Shown here: one piece after another, positions 11,887 to 23,290 of the stretch
Numbering within the stretch: the stretch's first letter is position 1
Layout of the letters: every line of letters begins with the position of its first letter
Assembly (NCBI RefSeq): GCF_000372725.1
Contig: NW_005201102.1
Coordinates: 248,001 to 312,000, forward strand
Source: Emiliania huxleyi CCMP1516
Lineage: Eukaryota
Direction: 5' to 3'
Length of the DNA: 64,000 bases
Translations under genes and position numbers: made by a program
Notes under the pieces: generated by a model
Database searches by the model: none
What the model saw: only the letters and a program-made list of their open reading frames with translations
What the model was told of the DNA's origin: nothing

Positions 11887-12060
11887 AGAATCTCTCTCTC
11901 CAACGCGACAAAACAATCTCTCTCTCCCAACGCGGGAAGAAGAGATTCTCTCTCTCTCCAATGCGGTATGGGTGGACGCAAGACGGGCGGTGACGGTCAC
12001 ACAGGAGCGACACACAGAACCACAAGACAAGACACTCAGCCAACGTGGCTGCCACACATC

Positions 12061-12180
12061 CTGAGAGAGAGAGATTTTTAGCAATACCAAACAACTCTAA
12101 CACTCACACGTAATTTGGGGCCTGGAGCCCTGTTCACGCGCGCGCGAGACGTGCAGACAGGGTTGCCAGGTGAGAGCGAA
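12061..12180 (-). mobile_element. CRE-like element extreme 3' end, copy 3, with target-site duplication
   Basis: Reverse complement of ~3866..3984. Flanked by the direct repeat CACATCCTGAG at 12055..12065 and 12181..12191. Confidence 0.85.
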
Positions 12181-12409
12181 CACATCCTGAGCGAACTTCC
12201 CTAGTTACTCGAGTAGTCACCCGCGGCCGGACTCCATCCGTCTGGGCACGGGTCTGGGATATGTCGCTGTGGCGATCACTCGACGGACCGCTGCGACACC
12301 TCTCCATCATGTCGTCCCTAGCGTCGTATTCTGTTTGAAAAAATCTTTTCCTTCCTGGAAGTTTCCGTCGGCTCAGGCCTAGGCGATCGGGACGCTGCCT
12401 TCCTCCAAC

Positions 12410-12912
12410 ATGCCGGCCCTCGCTCTGCTCGCCGGCCTGTCCAGCACTCCGCCGCCTACCAGAACGTCCTCGGCGGTGAGCTGGAGCGCTGCTCGGGCGC
12501 CGGGATGGCGCTCACCGGCTTAACCCGCATCGGCAAATGCGTTGACCGGAACGACGACGCCGGGAGCCACCACGTGTGCATCGACATGAAGAGCAACGTC
12601 GGCGGGAACTTTTGCGAGGTGACGGGGCAGCCAAACTGGTGTGGGTCGCAGATGTCGTGCGACGGAGCACCCGCCGACGATTGCCCCGTCGAGCACTGGT
12701 GCGTCTGCCAGTGGGCGTTCGCGTCTTACATCGAGCGGGCGGGTGGCTGCGACAAGATCCAAAAGGTGGTGTGCGAGGCGACCAACATGGTCGCACTGAA
12801 GCACTACCGCGAACAGGCGGCGCACAGCCCGCACATCAAGAGCGCGCTCCAGTGCCTCGAGGAGAAGTGCGGCCTCGAGAAGGCCGCGCCTTCGATCGGC
12901 GCAGTGGTGTAG
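12410..12912 (+). CDS. DUF2237-like small Cys-rich protein, with an apparent 1-nt frameshift near 12445
   Basis: NVLGGELERCS..TG.TR.GKC.....G.HHVC and WCVCQW motifs. The ATG at 12410 (signal-like MPALALLAGLS) is out of frame with the 12505..12912 ORF. Confidence 0.7.
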
Positions 12913-13095
12913 GCGTTGCGCTCTTGTGTGTGTGCGTGCCGGGAGTGTGTCTTCTATGTGTTGTGGTCCCCTCCTCTTTTGACTGCGGTAGTAGGGGTAA
13001 CGCTTTAGCGGTGGGACACGGTCTGCGGTCTCTCTCCTCACTCAGTGTACGGCTTTACAGTGACACCAGTGTAACTCCGCCCAATACCGCAACGT

Positions 13096-14261
13096 CTACA
13101 AGGACGTGAGTCGTGACTGGCGATGCTGTGGCCCAATAGTCGACACAGCGACGACGCGCTGCCCAGCGAAGGCCTCAATCTTCTTGGGCAGCAGCTGCCA
13201 CTGCGTGTCGCCGTGGCCCAGCCGGCCTGAGTCTCCACAGCCCCAGACGGCGGTGATGGCGAGGCTGTGGTACTCTCCAGCCGAGACAGCGACGGCGCGC
13301 TGGCCAGCAAAGGCCTCGATCTTACTCGGCTGCCACTGCTCCTGCCGGTCGCCGTGGCCCAGCTGGCCGTCGTCTCCATAGCCCCAGCTCCAGACAGCGC
13401 CGTCGGCGGTGATGGCGAGGCTGTGCGCCCACCCAGCCGACACAGCGACGATGCGCTGGCCAGTAAAGGCCTCGACCTGCTTGGGTAGGTGCTGGGACTG
13501 CGTGTCGCCGTGGCCCAGTGGCCCCATTCCAGACAACGGTGATGGCGAGGTTGTGGCTAGTTGCGGCCGACGACACAGCAATGACGCGCTGGCCAGCAAA
13601 GGCGTCGATCTTCTTGGGCTGCCACTGGTCCTCGTCGCCGTGTCCCAGCCTGCCCTGGCAGCCGCTGCCCCAGGACCAAAGGGCGCCGTCCGCGGAGAGA
13701 GCGAGGCTGAAGTATCGTGACGCCGCCACACCAATCGCGCGCTCGCCTCCCGAGCGATGGGAGACGGGTCGGCGTCTTCAGCTGCAGCACGCCCTCGCCG
13801 TGGCCGAGAAGGCCTGGAAACTCCTCCTCTCCGTCGTCCTCCTCCCCCTCCTCTCCCGCGCCGCACGACGAGAGCCGCCCCTCGCAGTCGATGAAGACGC
13901 TGTGGCTTTCGCCTGCCGCCGCCCTCGCCGGCGGGTTGGACTCGCACAGCAGCGCAGCGAAGCACAGCCACCGCACGGCGCAGCTCTCGCCCCCTGGCTG
14001 CGCCAGCAGCTCGTAGCCGCGCTCTCGCGCCCACAAGCGGATGCCCTCTAGCGCGAGCGAGGCGTGGAAGAGCAGCGAGACGGCCGCGACGCGAGCGATG
14101 TCGGCGGGGCTGTAGAAGCGGGAGACGACGCGCACGAGGAGCTCCGTGGGGAGGTCGAGGAGGCGGAGGCGGGAGCGCGGCGGCGCGTCTGGCGAGGGCG
14201 CGGCGGTGGCGGAGGCGGCGCGGCGGCGCGAGCGGCGCGAGCGGCGCGACGGGGTGGACAT
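13096..14261 (-). pseudogene. Decayed F-box-like + RCC1-repeat gene
   Basis: MSTPSRRSRR..LLDLPTELLVRV..DIARVAAVSLLFH followed by RCC1 repeats split across three frames with deletions. Paralogue of 15770..17176. Confidence 0.85.
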
Positions 14262-14597
14262 CGCGAGGAAAAGAATTGAGTGCGACGTTTTTCTCTGTTT
14301 TCTTTCTTTCCTCCCATCCCTCCCTTGGCTTGTCCGTTTTCTTTCTTTGTTTTCTTTCTTTTTTGGGTCGCTTCCGCTCACGAAGTCCCCCTGTGGACCG
14401 ACCCTCTCTCCGACCCTCCGATTTCATGAGAAGAGAAGAAAGGGAGAAGTGCAGAGAGAGATTTTAGAAAACCAACAAGAAAGCCCAAATCACTGGACGA
14501 GTCGTGATTTCTTGAAGTGCTGAAGTGAATTGGACACTGGATGGAGCACTACCACTAGACGCGGCACAACAGTCCACAGACGGGGCACAAACGCCAC

Positions 14598-15290
14598 GGT
14601 ACCACGGGGGGCACGTAGCAGTAACGCACGTAGCAGTAGGGGTCTAGGAAACAACGGTCCGCCACATAAAATGCGAATAAAAAATCCCTTGACTCGGTTT
14701 CAGTCTCCTCAGCTCTGAGAGAGAGAGAGAGACAGCTCTGAGGAGCCCCCAAAAGAGGAGAAAATGGCTCGATGCAAAAAAGATGCAAAAAGTGAAAGTC
14801 GATCACCTCACGCACGAGGGAGCCCTTGCCGCTCCTGCATCTTCTGCGTCTCGGCCGCCCACGCCCGACACAAGACGTGCGAATGCTCGCGCTGTTCGCC
14901 ATCATGACGGTCGGGATAGAGCTACGGGATGCCAACGCGACACCTACAACGATTGCTGTCAGTGACGTCAACATGACGGACGCAAGCGCAAACGCTATTC
15001 TCGAGTACGACACAGTGGCTCACATCTTCAAGCAGGCGCGTCAGCTCTTAATTCTCGTCACCGATGTAGCTCTCTGCACCCGTAAGCTCGCGATTAGGTC
15101 GAGATCGCCGTCCTTTCTAACAGCTCTCGCGAGTGGCCACCAGCGCTCGTGAGGCGCTTGCTCTTCGAGCACTGGAACCACACCAAGAAACCGGACACGA
15201 AGATGATCGTTCCCGGCAAAAGTCAGACAGTCATCAAGGACAAGCTTGCCAGACTCAAAAAAGCACAAGCGCAGTGCTGTCTGTGCGTCT
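14598..15290. repeat. Dispersed repeat or degenerate TE coding remnant
   Basis: 14598..14693 recurs at 17471..17573; 14688..15290 recurs at 45577..46140. Confidence 0.8.
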
Positions 15291-15769
15291 CCATCGAGCC
15301 GGATGATCGGTGTCGGGTTACGGGCTAGAGAGCCCTAGCCCCGGGGGTGCGCGTTCGCAGGGAAAGGGCCGTAAAGTAAACACGGGTCTCCGAGGGTTAG
15401 TTCCGTGTACCGGGTTTCCCCTTAACTGCAGAACGCCCCCTCTACTCGGAGCTACCGGACACACAACACTGTACTCCACGTACGTACACGGATACGCCTC
15501 ATGTGCGCCCGCCCGACTCCGGTCCCAGAGTCCCTTCCTTCGCCTGTCGGGGCGAGCCCTCGGCTCGCTCGTTCGTCCCGGTCCCTTGCTCGCCTTCCGG
15601 GCGTTACCAGACCTGCCTCTGCAGTCGTTTCTGATGCCTCTTCCTCGGCTGTGGCCTCGACTCCGCTTCGCCTTCGGCTGGTACCGCAGCCTCCGAGAGC
15701 GTCGACGGCCCGGCCGGGGTCTCCCCGGGCGAGGACGGCAAGCGTGTGAAAGGAAATCTCTCTCTCGCG

Positions 15770-17176
15770 ATGTCCACCCCCCAGCGCCGCTCGCGCCGCC
15801 TCGCCGCCGCCGCCGCCGCCGTCGCACACTGCCCCCTCACCGACCTGCCCCTTGAGCTTCTCGCGCGCGTCATCTCCCGCTGCGACAGCCCCGCCGACAT
15901 CGCTCGCGTCGCGGCCGTCTCGCTGCTCTTCCACGCCTCGCTTGCGCTGGAGGGCATCCGCTTGCGCCTGCAAGAGGCCGGCTACGAGCCGCCGGCGCAG
16001 CCTGAGGGCGAGATCTGCGCCGTGCGGTGGCTTTGCTTGTATGCCTTGCTGCGCGAGTCCAACCCGCCGGCGAGGGCGGCGGCAGGCACTCGGCACAGCC
16101 TCTTCATCGACGGCGAGGGGCGGCTCTCGTCGTGTGGCTTGCGATGCAGGCGCCAAGGGCTGCTCGGTCACGGCGAGGGAGTGACGCGGCTCAACACGCC
16201 GACCCGCCTCCCTTCACCGCTGGGCGAGCGCGCTATGAGCGTGTCGGCTGGACCCTTCCACAGCCTCGCCCTCGCCGCCGACGGTGCCGTCTGGAGCTGG
16301 GGAGGTGGAGGCTTTGGCTGCTTGGGCCACGGCGACGAGCAGGAGCAGTTCCTGCCGAAGAAGGTCGAGGAGTTGGTGGGGCAGCGGGCCATCGCTGTGT
16401 CGGCTGGAGCCCGCCACAGCCTCGCCCTCACCGCCGACGGAGCCGTCTGGAGCTGGGGCGGTGGAGACTCAGGCCGGCTGGGCCACGGCGACGAGCAGAC
16501 CCAGTGGCAGCCGAGTAAGATCGAGGCCTTTGCTGACCAGCGCGTCGTCGCCGTGTCGGCTGCAGGCGGGCACAGCCTCGCCATCACCGCCGACGGCGCC
16601 CTCTGGAGCTGGGGCGAAGGAGGCCGTGGCAAGCTGGGCCACGGCGCCGCGCAGAGCCAGCTGCTGCCCAAGAAGCTCGAGGCCTTTGCTGGCCAGCGCG
16701 TCGTCGCTGTGTCGGCTGGTTACCAGCACAGCCTCGCCCTCACCGCCGACGGCGCCCTCTGGAGCTGGGGCTGGGGAGGCCACGGCCAGCTGGGCCACGG
16801 CGACACGCAGAACCAGCCGCTGCCGAAGAAGATCGAGGCCTTCGCTGGCCAGCGTGGCGTCGTCGCCGTGTCGGCGGGACATGGCCACAGCCTCGCCCTC
16901 ACCGCCGACGGAGCTGTCTTCACCTGGGGCGCGGGCAAGAGCGGCTGCCTAGGCCACGGAGAGGACCGGTCGAACCAGCTGCTGCCGAAGAAGATCGAGG
17001 CCTTGGCGGGCCAGCGCGTCGTTGCCGTGCTGGCGGGAGCCTACCACAGCATCGCCCGCACCGCCGACGGCGCCGTCTTTACCTGGGGCAAGGGCGAGGA
17101 CGGCTACCTAGGCCACGGAGAGGACTTGTCGAACCAGCTGCTGCCCAAGAAGGTCGAGGCGTGGGCGCCGGGGTAG
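15770..17176 (+). CDS. F-box-like domain + RCC1-repeat (beta-propeller) protein, intronless
   Basis: LTDLPLELLARVISRC..DIARVAAVS followed by about 7 repeats of VSAG..HSLALTADGA.WSWG.G..G.LGHGD. Confidence 0.92.
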   Translation: MSTPQRRSRRLAAAAAAVAHCPLTDLPLELLARVISRCDSPADIARVAAVSLLFHASLALEGIRLRLQEAGYEPPAQPEGEICAVRWLCLYALLRESNPPARAAAGTRHSLFIDGEGRLSSCGLRCRRQGLLGHGEGVTRLNTPTRLPSPLGERAMSVSAGPFHSLALAADGAVWSWGGGGFGCLGHGDEQEQFLPKKVEELVGQRAIAVSAGARHSLALTADGAVWSWGGGDSGRLGHGDEQTQWQPSKIEAFADQRVVAVSAAGGHSLAITADGALWSWGEGGRGKLGHGAAQSQLLPKKLEAFAGQRVVAVSAGYQHSLALTADGALWSWGWGGHGQLGHGDTQNQPLPKKIEAFAGQRGVVAVSAGHGHSLALTADGAVFTWGAGKSGCLGHGEDRSNQLLPKKIEALAGQRVVAVLAGAYHSIARTADGAVFTWGKGEDGYLGHGEDLSNQLLPKKVEAWAPG

Positions 17177-17655
17177 TTAGCTAGAGAGAGGGTGGGTGCA
17201 GCAGCAGTGGCCCGGTGGCGGCGGAAGCCGCGGCGGAGCGAGGCAGGAGGCGAGACGAGGCAGGATTGAGACACGAGGAGGAGGTATCGGGTATCGCGGA
17301 ATTCTGCCCCGCATACGTCATTGGTATCGGTGCGCGCGCATTGCGTTCTGACGAGAAGATAAGCGAGAACGGAAAAGGCTAGGCTCAGAAAAAAGAGTCA
17401 AAAGCGGTTTTCCGCGAGAGCTCGAGTTTTCGTCGAGATGGCTGTCTCCGAGATCGATTGCAGACGCCAGGGTACCACGGGGGGCACGTAGCAGTAACGC
17501 ACGTAGCAGTAGGGGTCTAGGAAACAACGGCCCGCCCGCCACATAAAATGCGAATAAAAAAAACTCCCTTGACCACGTGTCTCAATTGCGGACTGGCCAG
17601 AGGCAAGGAGTCGCAGGAGCCGCCAGCGAGTCTCTCTCCGGCCTCTCTCACGTCC

Positions 17656-20552
17656 ATGGGCAACGCGTGCAGCCTTGGCAGCGGCGCGCCCATGGACGAC
17701 ACAAAGCCTCTCCCCAGCACCGACCCGGCGGTCGAAGATCCGGACGACGATGGCGCCGCTGTCAGGCCGTGGTACCAGCGGCCGCTGCCGCTCACGCCTG
17801 TCACTCGGAAGTCTGCGCATGAGCTGACAGCAGCTGAGGAGGATCGGATCCTCGCGGCGTGGCTTCGCATGATGCGCAACGAGGACGGCCCGGGCACGTC
17901 CCGTTATTTTCGTCTCGCGCTGATCCACGGAGGGTCGAGCTGGCCATCCACCCACCTCGCGGCGATGCAGAACCCTGTGCCGAGTTACTGCACGCACGGA
18001 GTGGAGTGCTTCCCGAACTGGCACCGGATCTACATGCTCGAGTTTGAGCAGACCCTCCGCCGCGCCGACCTGGAAAACGGCGGCGACGGCAACATCGGCC
18101 TGCCTTATTGGGATTGGACGCGCCAACCTGAGGGCCCGTCACTCTCCCGGGCGCTTGCGGTGTGTGGAGAAAGGATCCGTGTCACACCTCTACACGTGGA
18201 TAGGCGGTCCGTTTCTCCCTTCGCTGGCGCAGCGGCTGATGGCGACGAACGAGTATGACGGCGTCCCGTCCGAAGGCGGCCTCTTCCACGTAGCCTTCCT
18301 AGATGGACAGAGAGGTGAAGACCAGTCTGACCAGCGAGCCGGTCACACAGGAGCGACACACAGACACACAGAGACAAGACGCCGTCCTGCCGCTCCGACC
18401 TGAGAGCTCTTGTGCACGGCGTCTCGTCACACCGCCAGCTGTGAACAGGCAACCTTCCTGCCGCTCGACCAGCAGGGCAACCAGCTGGCACCGCGGGAGG
18501 AGGACGGCACCCTCTTCTACAAGACCAACCCGTGGAACAGCCGCGTCGACGCGGAGCTGCGCACGTACTGCCTGGAGTGGTTCGGCGTCGGAGAGAGCCT
18601 GCAGGCCGCCGCAGTAGTCGAAGAAAACAGCCCGTCGAAGGGAAGCAAGAAACCGACGACGCCTGCTCGCGTCTCTTCAATCTTCCAAGCCCCCCCCCCC
18701 CCCCACACCTCTCTCACTCTACTGCAGCGACCGAGGTGGGCGACCCTCTCTTCACAGCTCGCAGTGGTAGCGGCGACTCTTGACACCCTCTTGACACCCC
18801 TGCCGCTGCTGCTGCCGGCAGGCCTACCTCGAGATGAGCGACCCTCGGCGCGCCGCCCTTGCGCTCGACGCGGCACCGCACGGCTCTGTCCACGTCGCCG
18901 TCGGCAGCCTCGGGCGGCGCGAAAGGGGGACTGAGATGGTCGGGCAGGTCCGCCGCCCTTCTTGCCCCGCCAGGTCGAGACCGGCGCTGCTCACGCTTCT
19001 CACTGTGCGAGCAGGTCCCGACCGCGGGCTTCCACCCGCTCTTCTGGCTGCACCACTGCAACGTCGACCGCGCCTACGAGTCCTTCCTCCAGACCCCGGC
19101 GGGGAGGGGGGCGGAGGCGGCGTTCTACGCCAACCGGTTCCTTGATGGACGCGAGGCGGGCTTCCCCGACGGGCAATGGGGCCGGTGCGAGCCGTCTGCG
19201 GTGTCCGCATGCACTCCACGCCACCTCGCCGGGTGAACAGCGCCTCGGTCGCTCGTGTGAATAGGTACGAGCCGCTTCCACGAGGAGGTGTGTACAGCGC
19301 CTCTTCACACCTACAGCTGTGAGTAGGTACGAGCCGTTTGGCGTCAACCCGCGCACCCGCGAGCAGTACGCAGGACGCGACACCTTTGACATCACCCTTC
19401 TCGGCTACAGCTACCCACCCGGCGGACTGTACACGCCCGCCAGCCTCCAGGTGGCGCCGCGGGCTGGCGGGGTGCAGCTGCAGCGGGCACACGCCGCGTC
19501 TCTCCACGCCTCTCCTTGTGCGAACAGGCGCCGAGGCCGCGCGGGGTGTTGTTGCCTGGCTCGCCCGGGCCGGTGGAGCTAGCAGGCCCCCCGGGCCCCG
19601 TGCCAGCGAGCGCGGTCTTCCGCGACGTGGTCAAGCTAAAGGTCAACGGCTCCAAGGCGCAGCGTTCGCGCACGCGTCTTCACGGGCTCCCACTGTGAAC
19701 AGCGCCTCTTCACGCGCGGCGCTGTGCGCAGGCGCTCTTTGTGTACGCGTCGGACGCCGACGCATCGGGCGGGGGAGGGCTGCTTGGCTGGGTGGCCGGT
19801 TCGTTGGGATCGCCTCGCGAGTGGCGACCGCCAAAGAGCCTCGCCGACCAGGCCCCGGAGGCGCTGCAGGCGCGAGCCCTCGCGATGCTAGCCGAGAGAG
19901 GGGGATAGCCGGGGATGCTAGCCGCGATCCGACGCCGCTGGGCGGGACGCGGAGACGGTTCAGATAGCGCCGTGCAATAGCGCCGTGCAGCACTGAACTG
20001 CGGCGCCTAGGCGACGCCGGGCACTTCAGCGCGCACTGAAGGATTGATGCCTCAATTATTAGGCGCTGCCTGGGTTCGTCGGCGCCGCGTCGCTCTTCTG
20101 CCTGCCCGCCGCGGACGTGGTGCGCCCGGGTTTCGAATTTTCGAGCGCATCTCGCGCAACGGAAAACAACTGTGTTAGTGCTCCTATTAGGTCAAGTGCG
20201 ACAACTGCCTGCGCAACGCGCCGACCACCACCGCATCCGTCGACATCACGCGCGCCCTCGCCGCCCCCATTCGGGCCCCCTACAGGGTATGACTCGACCA
20301 TTCATCACAACCTAGGCGCGCCCTCGCCGCGCTTCGGATCCCGCGCGAGCGCGTCCGGCTGCACGCCGTGGCGTACGATATTGCCACGCAGACGGCGATG
20401 ACCCTCGAGGCCGAGATTAGCCGAGATTCGCCGAGATTCGTCGAGATTCGTCGACCGATTTGCAGACGGCGGAGACCCTCGCGGCAAGAGGGGTCGCCAG
20501 CGGCCATTCCTCCAGCGTTGGGCCTCTCATCTTCACGCGCGCGAGCGTGTGA
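17656..20552 (+). CDS. Tyrosinase (type-3 di-copper), multi-exon
   Basis: CuA: IHG...CTHGVECFPNWHRIYMLEFE, then LPYWDWT. CuB: PHGSVHVAVG...FHPLFWLHHCNVDR. Also LGYSY and a C-terminal VKCDNC. Many short introns; 3' exons approximate. Confidence 0.85.
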
Positions 20553-20821
20553 ATAGGCGGCGGGCGTGCCGCAGCCCATTCTCTCTGACTGCAGTAGCCA
20601 CGTCGCCGAGGAGGAGCCGACCCCGAGCTGAGCAGAGCCGTGCCTACGAAGCTTGCCACCATCTCCTCGAGGTCTCGATGCCTGATGACTTGGGCTTTAC
20701 GAGAGTTTCCTCTCGCACCCTGCCTGGTTTCCTTTCCGTGTTTGCTGCTAGTTTCCCTACAGCACCCTCTAGTTTCCTTGGGAAACTCCGTGGAAATCAT
20801 CAAGTTCCCGGGCTCTGAGCC

Positions 20822-20993
20822 GAGTCTGAGGCTGGTTTGGGCCCCAAATCAGCCAAATCGGCAAAATACCGGGGTATTTTGCGGGTATACCTGGAACCCC
20901 CCGGATATACCTGGAAAATACACCCGCCGAGTTTGCCGGTTCCCTTGGTTTCGCCTCAGATTTTGCCCCAAACGCAAACCAGCTCTCAGACTC
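20822..20993. repeat. Imperfect foldback repeat
   Basis: GAGTCTGAG.GCTGGTTTG...CAAACCAGCTCTCAGACTC inverted arms. The GGGTATTTT.CGGGTATACCTG core recurs at ~42161..42205. Confidence 0.5.
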
Positions 20994-23290
20994 AGGGAAA
21001 CTCGAGAGTTGCCAGAATGGTGAATGGAGCAGGAATGGAGCACCAAAACACCCACCCTCTGGTTTCCCTGGAAACTTCCGGAAATTCACAGTGCTTGGGA
21101 CCCTCTGGTTTCCCTCTGGGTTGCTTGAAGCAGGTCGGGTGGCAGGTCAGAAACCCGGCGCGACCAACCTTTTGGATCAAAAGGTCGGTGATGTCCTTTC
21201 TCTGCTCCTCCACGCTGGCCCTGAAGGCGGCGATGTCGCCGCCATGGCGAGTAACGAGCCATTCATCGGCGCGGTGCATGCACAAGAGGACGCGAGGCTT
21301 GGTCATGCCGTTCCTCCGCGACGGCCTTGAGAAGGTTCACCATCTCGCGAACGTGCGCCTTCGGCCCGTCAGCCAGAATCACGAGCATGTCGACAGCGCT
21401 GCTGCCGCGTGCAAATAAGCCCTCGAGCGCCCCGAGGTCATCGACTCCAGGGAAGTCCATGATGTTGATGCCCAGGGCGTCCTTGTTCTCATAGGTGTGG
21501 ACGGTGTGCGTGTGGCAGGATTTCCCCTCTCCGGCGGCGGTGTTCTGTCCGCTCAGCTCAGCGACGAGCGTGGACTTGCCCAGGCGTGCGGTTCCGATAA
21601 TGCCGATCGAGTATTGCGCCGCGAGAAGCTTCCACAGCGAGTGGTTGAGGGCGGCAAGTCGCATCTTGTTCCAGAAAGATGCGCGGGCGGGCCGTCGTCG
21701 TCTTCATACCAAAGCCTACCGCGTCTTCACTCAGCATGTTCAGGGCGTCGTCGGTCAGATTTTGCAGAGGCTATGTCTGACTCATCTTCACTACGTCACT
21801 GTACTCTTGAAGGACGAGATCGGTTTCCACGCCGTTGCTCAGGCTCTCATGATGTCCGCCAGCTTCGCTTGGTTGCCAAATGCGTCGCCTGCCGAATCGC
21901 CACCAAGCACATCGAGTGCAAGAATCAGGAAGCCCTGCCAACATGCCACCTTCCGCTCTGTCGTGTTGTCAAGCCAGCACCCCGAGCCGTAGGCGTAGCC
22001 GTTCACGTAGAAGCGAGGATTAAAGAATCGACCGCCGTCCCGAACTGCCTCGCTGACGGTCGCCCCTTCGACGAGGTCTGCCGCAGCAACTGCGGTGCAA
22101 GCCACACTGCCAAATGCAAAAACCACAGGTTCTCCTAGGAGTGAAAAGACGCCGAGGCCCATGAAAGTGCCACCGAGGTTACCGACCTTGCGTACCAGCG
22201 AGCTCTCGGAGTCCAGAGCAATCGGAAGAGCTCGCAAGAGTTCATCGTGGCTAGACAACGTCTGCCATTCGAAGCGCGACGTCGAGCTCAAGCTTGCCGC
22301 CGAGAGAAGACTCGAAATGATGGCAGACGGCAGGAAGGGGGAGCCTTTGGGGAAGAGGTTCTCCAGGCACCGACCCACGCACCCAGTCGCAACCTGCTCC
22401 AATGGCACTGTTCCCTATCTTGATCATCGCCTTGCCCGAGAGTTCGAACCAACTCTCGATGTTTGCGACCGTCTCCCTCGTGAGAGCTTCGCCCGCCAAC
22501 GTGGTGGAAACCTCCTCGGACGCGAACTTGCGCATCTCTTGCTCGCGCTCCTCGGCGGGAAGCCCTTGAGGGAGTCGTGCAACACCTCGATCGTCCACAA
22601 AGGCGAATCCGCAAGACGGTCGAGCCGCGCGAGCTGCGCCATCGCGTCGAGCGTTGTCTGCGTCTGCTTGAGCCAATCGCGTGTTGCGCCTCGCCGAGCC
22701 CAGAGAGAGGGTCGTTGCCGTCTCGCGCGAGCGTCCCGTAGCTGCTGCAAAGCAGCATCGCACGGCGGCAGAGCACTCGGTAGCAGTTGGCCACCGACGC
22801 GCCGGCAAAGCGCTCGATCAGGTGCAGCTCTCGCTCAATCGGCGCCTCACGCGTAGACGGGTCGGGTTTGGGGCGCGGAAGGATCACCGGCTTCTCAAAG
22901 TGCACCAAGGAGCTCACCAGGATGACCTGTTTGTCAAGCGCGCTGAGCGGCAACTCGGAACGCATCTTTTCGCCATCGGCATCCTTCCACGTCGTCATGC
23001 CGAACTTGAAGGCTCCGTCTCGCGAAGAGACGTCGGTGCCGTCGACGCGGATGCGCTCAACGAGGTCGAGATTGGTGCCGCGCACGAGGACTGTCATGCT
23101 GGTGTACGAACGGACAGTCTCGATTGCGTCGACGCTCGGTCAAGAACGAGCTCAGCTCGCTCACGCTCGCGATCTTTGCCGCCTGGCTGAAGTTGCTGGG
23201 GAATCCCGCGACTGCCGCAAGGTACAGCTTGATTTTGTGCGGCTGAAGTGGCGTAGCACCCGGGATTTCTTCTTTCTGAAATGTATATAT

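Noticed and set aside
15311..15461. Solo LTR (TGTCGGG...CCGGACA)
   Set aside because: Single copy in the window, no TSD.
22787..23290. N-terminal extension of the ankyrin ORF
   Set aside because: It is the antisense of the lipase-GTPase coding sequence; the likely start is ATG 23291.
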